Shown piece by piece: positions 1-13,872 of a stretch of DNA of 64,000 nt. The notes beneath the pieces are model-generated. The model did not search any database, had not been told where the DNA came from, and saw only the letters and a list, made by a program, of their open reading frames with translations. A program made the translations under genes and the position numbers. Within the stretch, counting starts at the first letter, position 1. The number at the start of each line of letters is the position of its first letter. The DNA is from Antedon mediterranea (Eukaryota > Animalia > Echinodermata), in the NCBI RefSeq assembly GCF_964355755.1, contig NC_092675.1:14852912-14916911 (forward strand). Reading direction: 5' to 3'.

Positions 1-243
1 AATGAAAAAAAAAATCATGTTTTCACTTATAAAACGACAAAAAAAATGTTAAAATTCCACCAAAAATCCATTGGCTGGCAGCCAATTTGACCATTTTTTG
101 CTTTAAATTACATTATTTCAGTTAAATACATTTTTTTTTCGATCCAATTTTTGGTCAAAGTGGATAACTATTATGTTACATTAAAATGCAATATTCAACA
201 AAAAATTTTTAAGAATTAATTTTTCAGGGGGGACAATACATCT
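1..243. mobile_element. Right end of a Kolobok-like MITE (same family as 13873-14378)
   Basis: Ends in gggacaatacatct followed by TTAA, the same as the right TIR+TTAA at 14378-14382. Confidence 0.65.
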
Positions 244-843
244 TTAATACACAAAATGCTAAGATCAAAATTACTATTCCTTGTAGATGATGTTTGAACT
301 TGATGTAGTGGAGCTTGATGAAGCTGGATTTTACTGTTATATTATCAAGCTAAATGACACACCATTTTCAGCAGTAAAAAATCTTTCTTATAGATTGGCT
401 CAATCATTCAGTGCATAATATCTTTCCTCAGAACATGACATAAATGCAAGGATTTGAAAAGTTGCCACAAACTTTGGAAGACTCGCCAGTTGTGACTGGA
501 GCCTTAAAAAACAGTTTGACACTGCGAACTAAATTCACAATGTACAAAATCTGTGTCCAGAGCATATTGTTCTATGGGAGTGAAGTGTAGATCCTATATC
601 AATGTTATTGATGTAATATATACGTGTGATGTTATTAGCCAAGTTAAGAAAACATTGGAGGTACAATCCGTCCTTTAAAATGCAATACTACACGATGTAG
701 GAAATCATTGGTCCACAACTCAATACATGTCTCCAACTCAACATTTCAAAGATAAATAAGTTTTTATCCCTCTTGTAACCATGTAATTTTTAGGTGATCA
801 TTTAGAATAAAATGATCACCTATTGTTATTGTATGCAATCTTA

Positions 844-1662
844 TTAGTTATCCGCAGATAACTCCTTGTAACTGTCCAGTTTCATCATCTTTTTTTTCTG
901 AATTCTTCTTTCTTTCTGTCATTTTTGTGCAGAGTGTATCTCTAAAACGTGTAAACATAACATTTCATAACTTTGTCAACATGTGGGCATTCACGTGAAG
1001 TTGTGCACCTGCTATTGTGAATGACGTAAGAGTTGCGCAACGGTACTTCCGTGCGTTTTTAACATAGATCGAAAACCATATAACATTTTAATTTGAAACT
1101 TAGCAAAAGTTTAATTTATGTCTTGCGCTAACTGACTGTGGAAAAAAAAGGCATGTTTCACACGAAACTAGTGGATTGTAGATACAAAATCATGTTAACA
1201 TTTTGCCAATCGGATGTTGTGACGTCATCATATGGCCACTTGACTTTAAAAACTTAAAGTCGTATTTTCTTCTTTTGCGTCATAGTTGCATTTAAAAGAG
1301 CGCGCATCAATATTTCACGTATTCAAATCTACTCTACAGGTTAATAATATGTTGTTGCTGAGATAATTTCCTTCCGAAATTGCTACCTTCGCGTTTCATT
1401 TTGAAACCGTCAACATTTGGAATAAATAGCGGGTCCCGTAATTTCACCTATTCTACATTGTATGTGATATGTATACAGATTATCCTGTGTATACTATATG
1501 ACACAAAATAACAGAATTCAGCAATAACAACATATCATATTCTTTTAGTTCATGTCATAATGCCATAATCTTTTTCTGTGTGCAATATTCCAACGTATGA
1601 CGTGCACGAGGCGTTTGTTGTGCGGATAACTAACTCGTCAAAGTGACGAGTTTCATGTCTAG
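844..1662 (+). mobile_element. Non-autonomous Helentron/Helitron2-type element (HINE-like), family A, internally deleted; preceded by a family-B 5' cap at 790
   Basis: 5' ttagttatccgc; 3' gcggataactaa (inverted copy), hairpin aactcgtc-aaagt-gacgagtt, then CTAG|T; no TSD. Confidence 0.8.
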
Positions 1663-3865
1663 TTTGTACCAAACCAAAAGACATTTCAAATTGAAACTTA
1701 AGAAAAGTTTAATTTATATCATGCGCTAACTTTCTATAGAAAAAAAATTGCGTGTTTTACACAAAGTTACGCGTGCACGCGCATTTAAAATTTCAGAATA
1801 AGCAAAATTAATTTCTAATCAACTTTCTACACGTTTCATGTTGTTTCAAGCATGTAAAAAATTCCCACGCGTGCGCACACGTAGCATTGAAAACATATTT
1901 TTTTCGCGTGATTTATGTTTTTCCAGCCTTTTCTAGTAATTTTACCAAATTTTAAACAATTTCGACTTAAAGTAGGTATCCCAATGAAAAAATTCAGATT
2001 AATTGTTTTACTTTTTCTTTCAGTTAACCATAAAGGACTTAATGTAATTAGCATTTTGCAATTTAAATGATTGAAATCCGATTACCCGTTCTAAAGTTAT
2101 GGTTATTTAAAGTGGTAAAAAATGTACGATTTTTTGCTTAAAAATGGTGTTTTTTGCAGTTAAAATTGGAAGCATTTTTAAAAGGTTATAACTTTTACAA
2201 TAATGAGTTAAAAGTTTTGAATTTTGTTAAACCTATAGATATCACAGAGTTGTAAAACTCTATTTTTTTTGGAGCCTCAACGAAACCTATTTTTAAAATT
2301 ATTGGTCCGCAAAGTTGGTCGGAAAGCATTTTGAGCCCATTTTTGTTGAATTTCCCTAAAACATGAAAAAAATGCAATTTTTTCAATGATCTGTAACTTT
2401 TGAACTACTGTACTAATTCATTTAATTTTTGTTTTACTTGTTAGAATGTAGTGTATATTTCATTAATAAATATATCACAGATATGTGTAATATGAAACAA
2501 TAATATTTTTTTAATGGTGAAATTTAAAATTATCCCCAAAAAAATGAAAAATTATGTTTAAAACTGTGTGTACTGTTTCCTTTCTTTCACACTAATTTTT
2601 GGTAAGTATGATTATTATATTATTTTAATGTACTTTATATTCATAATTTCAATCATAAATACTATTATATATAACTTTTGAATACGTAAAACAAGATTTT
2701 AGGCCCGTATGATTATGACACCAAATCTAAGCCGGGCTAAGATATGCTCTTTTAGGCAACACACAATTGGTCAAAATAAACTCATTTAAAATAATCAATG
2801 TTAATTAAAACAATTAATTGTTTACCTGAATATATAACATTATAAAAATGGTTTTCTTTTCGTATTTCTAACCGTAAGTATGTTATTAAATTGAAATACG
2901 GAGCTAAAGTTTAGGCCAAGTAACGGCTTACTCGCGATCAGCAGTAGCTCCCGTCAAAGTATTTCGGTCGCAGTTAATGACTTTCGACCGCCGTATACAG
3001 AGTCAAATGTAACGTTGGTAAATTAGCTTAATAAATGTCTTCGGTACATTTAAACCGAACGCATTTGCATTGTATACTTGCATAATAAATCTTCCGCACA
3101 TTATACCAATTTAAAGTTGTTAAATTAATGTCTAAAATCAGATATTCTATGATGGAAAAGGACATGTCAAGCTCCGACATCGCTGCTGTCACACATCTCG
3201 CGTCGAGCCGGCCGAACTCGAGCGAGGAAAACTAAAACAACGTGTTGAAAATATGGAACGTACCATTCGCTGATAGGGTGCATTAATGTATTTAACGGAA
3301 AACACCACAACAAACGCGCGCGTATTTTACAGTACAATATTTTACTCACTACAATATTCACCGGATTATAATGGTTGAATCTTTAAAATTCCGAACGGGA
3401 TTTACGCCTCATGCACCAGTTTAAAAATGTAGATCGCTTGACGACCATAGGAAATACATTAATAAACGATGTTTTATCGAATAAAATAATGATTTCGCTT
3501 CAATTTATTACCAAATTCGATATTTTTTTATCATGCGCAATGGGTCAAAATACAAATTTTCTCACGAAAATTGATATTTCAGACTGATAAACCTGTCTGT
3601 ACCAGCCTTTTTACGTATCAAATTAAAGCTTATTCAAAATCTGATAACATACAAAAGAAATCACTCCGCTAGCTCTGACGGCCATCAAGCGATCGTGTTT
3701 TGAAAACAGGCTAGGGCTTTTCCGAATATTTTTTATCGCGTGAAAATTCGCTGGTTTCCGTTTTAGACTAATTTTGAAATGATGTTTTCGCTGGAAATAC
3801 TTGATCAATTTTAATAAATAACACATGTAAGTGAACAATAAAACACACTCTTTCAATATATTTAA

Positions 3866-6800
3866 TTAGGTGATCATTTAGAATAAAATGATCACCTATT
3901 GTTATTGTATGAAATCTTTATTATTATTATTTTTTTAGTTATCCGCATTTTAGTTATCCGCATTCAGCGGATAACTCCTTGTAACTGTCCTGTTTCATCA
4001 TCTTTTTTTTCTGTATTCTTCTTTCTTTCTGTCATTTTTGTGTCACGCGTAACTTAAAAACGTGTAAACTTAACATTTCATAACTTTGTCAACATGTGGG
4101 CATTTATGTGAAATTGTGCACCTCCTATTTTGAATGACGTCAGAGTTGCGCAACATGACTTACGCGCGTTTTTACGAATTTTGCGTATTTAACATAGATC
4201 GAAAACCATATAACAATTTAATATGAAACTTGACAAAAGTTTAAGTTATATCTTGCGCTAACCGACTATGGGAAAAAATGGCATGTTTCACATGTAGTTA
4301 CGCGCGCAGGCGCGTTTAAAATTTCAAAATGCGAAAAATAAATTTCTAATCAACTTTCTACGCGTTTCATGTAATTTTAAGCGTGTAAAAAATTCCCACG
4401 CGCGCGCATTTTTTACGCGCATTGTGCGAACGTAGTGTTGAAAACAATTTTTTTTTTGTGATTTATGTTTTTTCAGCCTTTTCTAGTAATTTTACCAACT
4501 TTTAAACAATTTTGACTTAAAACTACGTCATACGGGCACGTTGAATTGGATAATTTACGTGCGTTTTTGATGAAAAAGTTTAAAAATTGGTCAAAATTAT
4601 GCCTTTTTTTAAACAGTCGTAGATCCTAAACAACGAGGTGAACTTTTTTTAAATTACATATTCTGGAAGTTGATGAGTTGTAGATATCGGATCATGAATC
4701 GATATGGCTAACCGGACATTGTGACGTCATCGTATGGCCACACGAATGTAAAATATAGGATTTTTGTCTCTTTCGTTATTGCTCATCATATTCAATGGAG
4801 CGCATCACGCCTATCTGTATTCCTTTTTTTCCAAGACTTTAATATTGTCTAGGTCAATCAACTATCTTACGCATGAGTTAAAAATATTTTAATTTTTATG
4901 ACGTCATCATGCCTAAAAATTATAATTAACAGGGTCATTAATTTCATCTTTACAGTAAATTTTAATCTGTTATAGCTCGTAAGAATAAAAAGTGATAATT
5001 ATGATTAAAACGTTTTCTGGAAGCTATTGGACTGTAGATACGAATTAATGTGAACATTTTGCCAATCGGATGTTGTGAAGTCATCATATGGCCAGTTGAA
5101 TAAAAAAAGTTGTATTTTGATATTTTGCGTCATAGTTCATCACATTTAAACGAGCACGCATCCACATTCTACGTATTCAAATTTCTTCTACACGTTAATA
5201 TGTTGTTGGTGAGATAATGTCCTTCCGAAATTGCTATCTTAGTGTTTAATTTTAATACCGTCACCATGTTAAAAATTGCAATAAACGGTGGGTCCCGTAA
5301 TTTCACCTATTCTACACTGTATGTAATATGTATACAGATTATACTGTATATACTATATGACACAAAATAGACAGAATTCAGCACTAACAAGATATGATAT
5401 TCTTCAGTTCAGGTGATAATGCCATAATCTTTTTCTGTGTGCAATATTCCAACGTATGACGTGCACGTGGCGTTTGTCGCGCGGATAACTAACTCGTCAA
5501 AGTGACGAGTTTCATGTCTAGTTTCTTTTTATTGTTTCTGTACACTATTTTGTGTAACAATTATCTCAAAAAGTTTAATTTCAATGATTACCAAAATTTC
5601 AGAATATCTTTCAAATAATATAACTTAATCCTAATCAGCTTTCCAGCGTGATCACTCATCCGTGACGTCATTTATACGCCATTTTGTGAAATCACATTAT
5701 CAATCATATCTCCATAATTCATTATTGACATATTAATGAAATTCACTACAGGTAAACTTCAGGTCAAGGGTAAAAATATTAGCAAATAAAAAGTTGCGCG
5801 TTTCAAGGTCATGCACGTGAAATCGCGCGTTAAAAATTTAAAACGCGCAAAATTAGGTTTTGATAAATTTAGAGCATGAATTAGGCCATTTGCGCGTTTC
5901 AAAAAATTACTGCGCAAAAATGCGTTTTTGTGCGTACGATTCTTAAAATGCGTAAAAAATAAAATTTGATGTATAAATCACATTCTATTCACAATCCTTA
6001 GTACATTCACCAATTTTGAGTCCATTCCGACTTAAAATAACGCTATACGAGCACGTTAAAAATGACAAAATGCGCACACTAATTGTACAAAAGTGCTAAA
6101 AATGGTAAAAAATAAGGACTTTTTAAAATGAATATAACTCTTCAGAATGGCAGATGACCCCCAATTTTTTTAACTTATTATGGAAGCCAATAAGTTGTAG
6201 ATACAAATGTATATACACATTAGACGTACAAAATGGTATGACGTCATCAAATGGCCACTTGAATTTAAAAATTAGGAATTTTTATCTTTTTGTGTGGGTT
6301 ATCACATTCAATAGAGCGCATCTCCGTTATTTGAGCCCGATTTTCGCACAACTTTTAGTAGGTGCTTGCTCAATTAATTATTCTTCTAATGAGTTGTCAA
6401 CATTTTTATTTTGATGACGTCATCACGCGTAAAAACTTGAATAACCTAGGTCGTGTAATTTCAGCTACACCATACATTTGAATATCTTATAGCTCTTCAG
6501 AATTAAAGATGACCTTGAAGATTATAACTTATTATGAAAGCTGATGAAATGTAGATATGAATTCATATTAAAATTAAGCCTATCGGATGTTGTGATGTTA
6601 TCATATGGCCAGTTGAAGTTAAAAAGTAGTTTTTAAATTTCTTTAGTCAAAGTTATACAAATTTCAAAGACCGCGCATTGCGCTTCTACGTGTCAAATTT
6701 TCTTCCAATCCTTATATTTATTTGCTCAATTTATTATCTTTCGAAATTGTCATCTTCGAGTTTATTTTGAAAATTCCATCATACCAAAAAATTAGAACAC

Positions 6801-7048
6801 GATATGAGTCCCGTAATTTCACCTATGCTGCACTGTATATAGATATACAGTATATACTGTACATATTGTATGGCACATAATTGGTAGAACTCAGCACTAT
6901 AAGTGTATATGCATCATGTCATAGGATGGCGTACATCAACTTTTAACGATCGTATGTTAACGTACATGCATGTTTAAAAAATGTTAATTTTATTAAAATG
7001 ATAAAAATGATCACCTATAATTCGTCAAAGTGACGAATTAAATTCTAG
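3866..7048 (+). mobile_element. HINE-like family B element containing a family A element (3935-5521) just behind its 5' cap
   Basis: 5' hairpin aggtgatcattt-agaata-aaatgatcacct; 3' aaatgatcaccta + aattcgtc-aaagt-gacgaatt + CTAG at 7048; inserted between A and T. Confidence 0.85.
3935..5521 (+). mobile_element. HINE-like family A element, full length (about 1.6 kb)
   Basis: 5' hairpin agttatccgc-attca-gcggataact; 3' gcggataactaa + hairpin + CTAG at 5521. Confidence 0.85.
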
Positions 7049-8181
7049 TTTGTATTAAAATACAATCAAAATTAGTGTAGTAATTTTAACATCAAAGTCA
7101 TATCACTTTATAGAATTTCGTGAATTTTTCAAAACTGTCACAACGTATCGCGCGTTCATTGGGATACCTACTTAAAGATACGTCATACGAGCACGTCGAA
7201 TTGGACAATTTGCGCGCGTTTTTTATGAAAAGGTTAAAAAATTCGTTTTAAATATGCCTTTTTTTAAACAGTCATAATTTCTAAACTAGACGGTCAACTT
7301 TTTGTGGATAGCATATTCTGGAAGTAGATGAGTTGTAGATATCGGATCAGGTATTAGTATGGCTAACCGGACATTGTGACGTCATTGTATGGCCACGCGA
7401 ATATAAAATTTAGGATTTTTGTATCTTTCGTCATAGCTCATCACATTGAATAGAGCGCATCTCCACTTATCCGTTTTCCATTTTCACCCCGATTTTGATA
7501 TTGTCTAGGTCAATCAACTATCTTTCGCATGAGTTAAAAATATTTTAATTTTTTTGACGTCATCATGCCTAAAAATTTCACGTGTGGCATTAATTTCATC
7601 TTTACAGTAAATTTTAATCTGTTATAGCTCGTAAGAATAAAATGTGATAATCACGATTAAAACTTTTTCTTGAAGCTATTGGATTGTAGATACGAAATTA
7701 TGTAAAAATGTTGCCAATCGATGTTGTGACGTCATCATATGGCCAGTTAAATAAAAAAGGTCGTATTTTCATATTTTGCGTCATAATTCATTACATTTAA
7801 AAGAGCGCGCATCAATATTTAACGTATTCAAATTTCTTCTACACGCTAATACGTTGTTGCTGAGATAATTTCATTTCGGAATTGCTACCTTCGCGTTTCA
7901 TTTTAAAACCGTCAACATGTTAAAAATTGCAATAAATAGCGGGTCCCGTAATTTCACATATTCTACACTGTATGTGATATGGATACAGATTATACTGTGT
8001 ATACTATATATGAATTTAAATAATAAAATTCAGCAATAACAACATATCATATTCTTCAGTTCAGGTCATAATGCCAACGTGAACACTTCCTTTTGTCCTC
8101 AACCTATCCCCTTAATGTTAATGTTGCACCACTTGCGCGGCGGATAACCAAACTCGTCAAAGTGACGAGTTACATGTCTAG

Positions 8182-11100
8182 TTCTTTGTTATTCTTCTTT
8201 CTTTCCCGGATTTTTGTGCGTCGCATATCCCCTATTGCTTGTAAACATAACTTTGTATAACTTTGTCAAAAGATTGACCTGTAGCTGTGCAAGAAACTTC
8301 GTTATATGACGTTAGAGTCGCGCAGCGTAAGTTACGCACGATTTTATGAATTTCAATGATTGATCATAGATTATAAACCAAAAGTAATTTTGTTTTAACA
8401 CTTAGTGAAAATTTAAGTCATATCAAGGGCAAACTTTCTATGGATTAAAAATGACATGTTTCACAAGAAGTTACGCGCGCACGCGCATTTAAAATTTAAA
8501 AATTCGCAAATTTAATTTCTAATCAACTTTCTACGCTGATCATGACATTTTGAGCATGTCAAAAATTCCCACGCGCGCGAAACAATTTACGCGTAAGGTG
8601 CGCACGGAGCATGAAAATCATGTGTTTTTTTCTTGAATTATGATTTTACAGCCTTTCCTAGTCATTTCAAAAAAGATTTACATCATTTCAAATTAAAATG
8701 ACGTCATACGAACACGTTGACTTACACCACTTGCGCGCGTTTTAGTTGCAAAAGTGACAACATATTGTCAAAATTAAGCCTATTTTTAATCTATTATAGC
8801 TCCACAGGATCATCCACGACCCCCAATTTTTTAAATTGAATATGTACCTATGCAGATATGTTGTAGATATGAATTCATGCAGAACCTTTACCACTCGGAT
8901 GTTATGACGTCATCGTATGGCCACACGAATGTAAAATATAGGATTTTTTACTTTTTCGTTATTGCTCATCACATTTAATAGAGCGCATCTCACTTTTACG
9001 TGCCCAAAATTCTTCAAATTTGTTTTAATGTAATTATTTAGATAATTAGGTGATCATTTAGAAGAAAATGAACACCTATTGTTATTGTATGAAATCTTTA
9101 TTAGGTGATCATTTAGAATAAAATGATCACCTATTGTTATTGTATCAAATCTTTATTATTGGTTATCCGCAACGAAGTTGCAGGATAACCTCTTGTTATT
9201 GTACGAAATCATCATCAACATCAACTTTTTAGTTATCCGCTTAGTAGCGGATAACTCCTTGTGATTGTATTGGATCAATATTTTTTTTTTCTGTATTATT
9301 AGTTATCCGCATTGAGCGGATAACTCCTTGTAACTGTCCTGTTACTTTTTAGTTATCCGCATTCAGCGGATAACTCCTTGTAACTGTACGAAATCATCGC
9401 GCGATTTTATGATTTTTTATGATTGATCATAGACTAAAAACCAAAAGTCATTTTGTATTGACATTTAGTGAAAATTTAAGTCATATCAAGGGAAAACTTT
9501 CTATGGATTAAAAATGGCATGTTTTACAAGAACTTACGCGCGCACGCGCATTTAAAATTTCAAAATGCGCAAAATTAATTTCTAATCAACTTTCTACGCT
9601 GATCAGGACATTTCGAGCATGTCAAAAATTCCCACGCGCGCGAAAAAATTTACGCGTAAGGTGCGCACGTAGCATGAAAACTATGTGTTTTTCTCTTGAA
9701 TTATGATTTTACAGCCTTTTTAGTCATTTTAAAAAAGATTGACATCATTTCAAATTAAAATGACGTCATATGAACATGTTGATTGAGACCATTTGCGCGC
9801 GTTTTAGTTGAAAAAGTTATAAAATATTGTCAAAATAATGCCTATTTTGAATCTATTATAGCTCTTCAGGATCAAAGGTGACCCCAATTTTTTTAAACTT
9901 ATTATGCAAGAAGATAAATTGTAGATATAAATTCATGCACAATTTTTACCTCTCGGATGTTATGACGTCATCGTATGGCCACACGAATGTATAATATAGG
10001 ATTTTTGTCTCTTTCGTTATTGCTCATCACTTTCAATAGAGCGCATCTTGCTTATCCGTATTCCATTTCCTCCGAGATTTTAAAATTATCTAGGTCAATC
10101 AACTATCTTTCAAATGAGTTAAAAATATTTTAATTGTTATGACGTCATCATGCCTAAAAATTGTAATTAACAGGGTCATTAATTTCATCTTTACAGTAAA
10201 TTTTAATCTGTTATCTCGTACGAATAAAATGTGATAATCACGATTAAAACGTTTTCAGGAAGCTATGGGATTGTAGATACTAAATCATGTGAACTTTTCG
10301 CCAATTAGATATTGTGACGTCATCATATGGCCAATTAAATAAACAAAGTCGTATTTTCATGTTTTGCGTCATAGTTCATTACATTTAAAAGAGCGCGCAT
10401 CAATATTACATGTATTCAAATTTCTTCTAAACGTTAATATGTTGTTGCTGAGATAATTTCCTTCCGAAATTACTACCTTCGCGTTTCATTTTGAAACCGT
10501 CAACATGTTAAAAATTGGAATAAAATACGGGTCCTGTAATTTCACCTATTTTACAATGTCGGTGTTATGTATACAGATTGTGTATACTATATGACACAAA
10601 ATATACAGCATTCAGCACTAACAACACATCATATTCTTCAGTTCAGGTAATAATGCCATAATCTTTTTCTGTGTGCAAAATTTCAACGTATGACGTGCGC
10701 GTGGCGTTTGTCAAGCGGATAACTAACTCGTCAAAGTGACGAGTTTCATGTCTAGTTCTTATTTCTTTCCCGTTTTTTTGTGGCTCACGTATCTCTAAAA
10801 TGTGTAAACATAATATTTCATAACTTTGACAACATGTGGGCATTTACGTGAAGTTGTGCACCTCCTATTTTGAATGACGTCAGAGTTGCGCAACGTGACT
10901 TACGCGTGATTTTATGATTTTTAATGATTGATCATAGCTTAAAAACCAAGCGTAATTTTTTTTTTACCCTTTATGAAAATTTAAGTCATATCAAGGGCAA
11001 ACTTTTAGTTAACTAAAAATTAATTTCTAATAAAATTTTTACGCCATTCATGACATTTTGCGCATGTCAAAATTTCCCGCGTGCGCGAACAATTTTGCGC

Positions 11101-12227
11101 GTGTGGCGCGCACGCAGTATAAAAATCTTGTTTTTTTCTATTAAATTGTGATTTTCCAGCCTTTCCTAGTCATTTTTAAAAAGATTGACATCATTTCAAA
11201 TTAAAATGACGTCATAGGTACACGTTGTTTTAGACCATTTGCGTGCGTTTTTGTTGCAAAAGTTACAAAATATTGTCAAAATTATGCCTGTTTTGAAACT
11301 ATTATAGCTCCTCAGGATCAACCGTTACCCCCGATTTTTTTAACTTAATATGTAAAAATTGAAAGCAGATATGTTGTAGATATGAATTCGTGCAGAATTT
11401 TTTCCTCACGGATGTTGTGACGTCATCGTATGGCCACACGAATGTAAAAAATAGGATTTTAGTCTCTTTCGTTATTGCTCATCGCATTCAGTGGAGCGCA
11501 TCACGCTTATCCGTTTTCCATTTTCACCCCGATTTTGATATTGTCTAGGTCAATCAATTATCTTTCGCATGAGTTAAAAATATTTTAATTTTTATGACGT
11601 CATCATGCCTAAAAATTTAAATTACATGTGGCATTAATTTCATCTTTACAGTAAATTTTAATCTGTTATAGCTTGTAAGAATAAAATGTGATAATCACGA
11701 TTAAAACGTTTTCTAGAAGCTATTGGATTGTAGATAGGAAATCATGTGAAAATTTTGCCAATCGGATGTTGTGACGTCATCATATGGCCAGTTAAATGAA
11801 AAAAGTTGTATTTTCATCTTTTGCGTCATAATTCATTACATTTAAAAGAGCGCGCATCAATATTTTACGTATTTAAATTTCTTCTACACATTAATATGTT
11901 GTTGCCGAGATAATTTCCTTCCGAAATTGCTACCTCAGTGTTTCATTTTGATACCGTCTCCATGTTAAAAATTGAAATAAATGGCGGGTCCCGTAATTTC
12001 ACCTATTCTACACTGTATATATTAATATATATACAGATTATACTGTTTGTACTATATACTATATGACACAAAATTGACAGAATTCAGCACTAACAACATA
12101 TCATATTCATCAGTTCAGGTCATAATGCCATAATCTTTTTCTGTGTGGAATATTCCAACGTATGACGTGCACGTGGCGTTTGTCGTGCGGATAACTAACT
12201 CGTCAAAGTGACGAGTTACATGTCTAG
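8182..12227 (+). mobile_element. HINE-like cluster: truncated body (8182-9045), six stacked 5' caps (9046-9400), two bodies ending at 10755 and 12227
   Basis: Caps start at 9046, 9101 (B), 9159 (A'), 9229, 9299, 9349 (A); family A 3' ends with hairpin+CTAG at 10755 and 12227. Confidence 0.8.
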
Positions 12228-12254
12228 TCTTATCTTACTACTACTACTACAAAT

Positions 12255-12692
12255 AAAACAGTATTAACACAATACACGTAAAATTGCACAACGTATTATT
12301 AAAGCTGATCTAACGCCTTGTTCATTTATCTATGAAAAGAGTATTCTAAAAAAAGTAAACAATATTATGAAAGACCCCACTCATCCGTTACATTACTGTT
12401 ATAACTTAAATAGATCAGGCATTAGGCTACGACCTCCAAGAGCAAATCTTTGTAGAACTAGAAAATCTTTTGTTGTAATTAGCATTCATATTTTTAATTC
12501 TAATGTAAGACGTTAATGCAATTTTTAATAGTTTTACATTTTTAACAGTATTTTTAACTTTTTATCTTGTATTTTTAATCTGTTATTATACTGCACGTTT
12601 TTAAATTGTTGCAATATTGTTGTTTTAATCTACCAAGCAAAGTGAATTTCCATTTTTATAGACAAATAAAATTTCTTGAATCTTGAATCTTG
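12255..12692 (+). mobile_element. 3' fragment of a LINE (Rex1/Babar-like)
   Basis: Translates to ...KKVNNIMKDPTHPLHYCYNLNRSGIRLRPPRANLCRTRKSF..., like a LINE ORF2 C-terminus; AT-rich 3' UTR, AATAAA and (tcttgaa)n tail at 12673-12692. Confidence 0.6.
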
Positions 12693-13117
12693 ATACAATT
12701 TGTTTAAGTAATATACCATTTTTACTTTTACATGTGGATGAAAAATAGTATTGTTTCCTATACAAAAATGTTATATCGAATCCCAACTGAACGAGTTTTT
12801 TTGTTCATGTACAGCTAGGCTCATCTAACCTACAGTATTTTGCCATTCTCGATCTTGGTCATATAGCCATATCAGTTTGTGCACTATCATAAACTATTAA
12901 TATTATTGATGTAACTGCCTAATCAATAGAACATATAAAAGAATTTTGAATACATCAACATAATTTACAAAACATGATGATGTTGAAAATAATAAATTTA
13001 ATTTGACAAAGCCCATTACTTTCTGCAAAGAAATGGTTTCATATTTTTCATCATAAATCTTTAGTTTAGTTATTAGCTCATTTTTCTTAAAAGTATAAGA
13101 TTGTTTCATAAACTCAC

Positions 13118-13251
13118 CAATCAAATGCCATGTTTTCCGCTTTCCATAGCGACAGGATATGTCTTTTCTATCAGATTCATAGCCAATGAGAGGTGTGCAT
13201 ATACCATCTGTGATTTGTCCAAGTAACATGAGGTAACCTGCTATATTATTC
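13118..13251 (-). CDS. MFSD12: MFSD12-like MFS transporter, coding exon 2
   Basis: (E)[44 protein letters not shown](G) matches the MFSD12 motif [22 protein letters not shown]...RYGPRKAWHLVG; acceptor ctgtag ends at 13252, donor gtgagt starts at 13117; phase 2 in, phase 1 out. Confidence 0.93.
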
Positions 13252-13367
13252 CTACAGTAGGAACCAAAAGTGAAGAATCATTTATTAAAATATTAAGAGT
13301 TTCAATATATTTTTGAGTAAAGTAAAAGATGTTTTAACTGCATATGATAATATTGACATTGACTTAC

Positions 13368-13504
13368 TCGAATTTAAGGACTTGATGAAAAAATAACAGA
13401 AGATAACTGAACCACATTGATGCACAAAGGTCATTAAGAACATGGCCGACACCATATGTGTAACGTCTGACTAGTGACAAGGTTTTTGGTTCTTCTGAGG
13501 TCAT
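13368..13504 (-). CDS. MFSD12: MFSD12-like MFS transporter, coding exon 1 (start codon)
   Basis: ATG at 13504: [45 protein letters not shown], containing the MFSD12 signature [15 protein letters not shown]; in-frame TAG 9 nt upstream; donor gtaagt at 13367; 137 nt (phase 2) fits exon 2; an upstream polypyrimidine tract plus AG implies a separate 5' UTR exon. Confidence 0.93.
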
Positions 13505-13872
13505 TTTGATCTATATCTGTAGTTGAATACTTCTATTCCAAGAAAGAAAATAAAAAGGTTGGAAAAATGGCTGTGGAAGAAACTTCTACAGACACAGCTA
13601 AGTTTTGTCATTTACACCATATCTTGTCCCTTTATGTGTTGTGTTGACCCACAGCAGAATAATAATTAAGTCTTAAAACTATTCAGATGTTGAAACATTG
13701 TCCACCTCAAACAGACTATTTCAAGAATCTATTTAACCTTGCATGCAAAAGAGTATTTCCTAACATCCAGCCAAGATTTAATTTTATAAAATTCGATACA
13801 AGTCCACTTTATTGTCAAAATCTTCAATTTTACAATTTTGAGATTTTTTTAACTTAATAGTAGAATCATTAA

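Larger units (their letters stand above)
1971..7172. mobile_element. Kolobok-like non-autonomous DNA transposon (about 2 kb of own sequence) carrying nested HINEs
   Basis: Perfect 18-bp TIR agtaggtatcccaatgaa (1971-1988) / ttcattgggatacctact (7155-7172); TTAA on both sides (1967-1970; 7172-7175, sharing one T); AG...CT termini; no transposase ORF. Confidence 0.8.
1663..8181 (+). mobile_element. HINE-like element body (family A' 3' end) split by the Kolobok-like insertion at 1971-7172
   Basis: ttcgac-ttaa (1961-1970) rejoins agatacgtcatacgagcacg (7176 onward), matching intact copies (e.g. 15511-15540); ends gcggataaccaa + hairpin + CTAG at 8181. Confidence 0.8.

Noticed and set aside
9046-9400. 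CRISPR-like look of palindromic repeats separated by short spacers
   Set aside because: The repeats are 5' caps of HINE families, the spacers are homologous low-complexity sequence, there are no cas genes, and the context is eukaryotic.
12903-13117. C-terminal part of the listed 108-aa ORF
   Set aside because: Intron read-through beyond the GTGAGT donor at 13117; MFSD12 similarity stops there.
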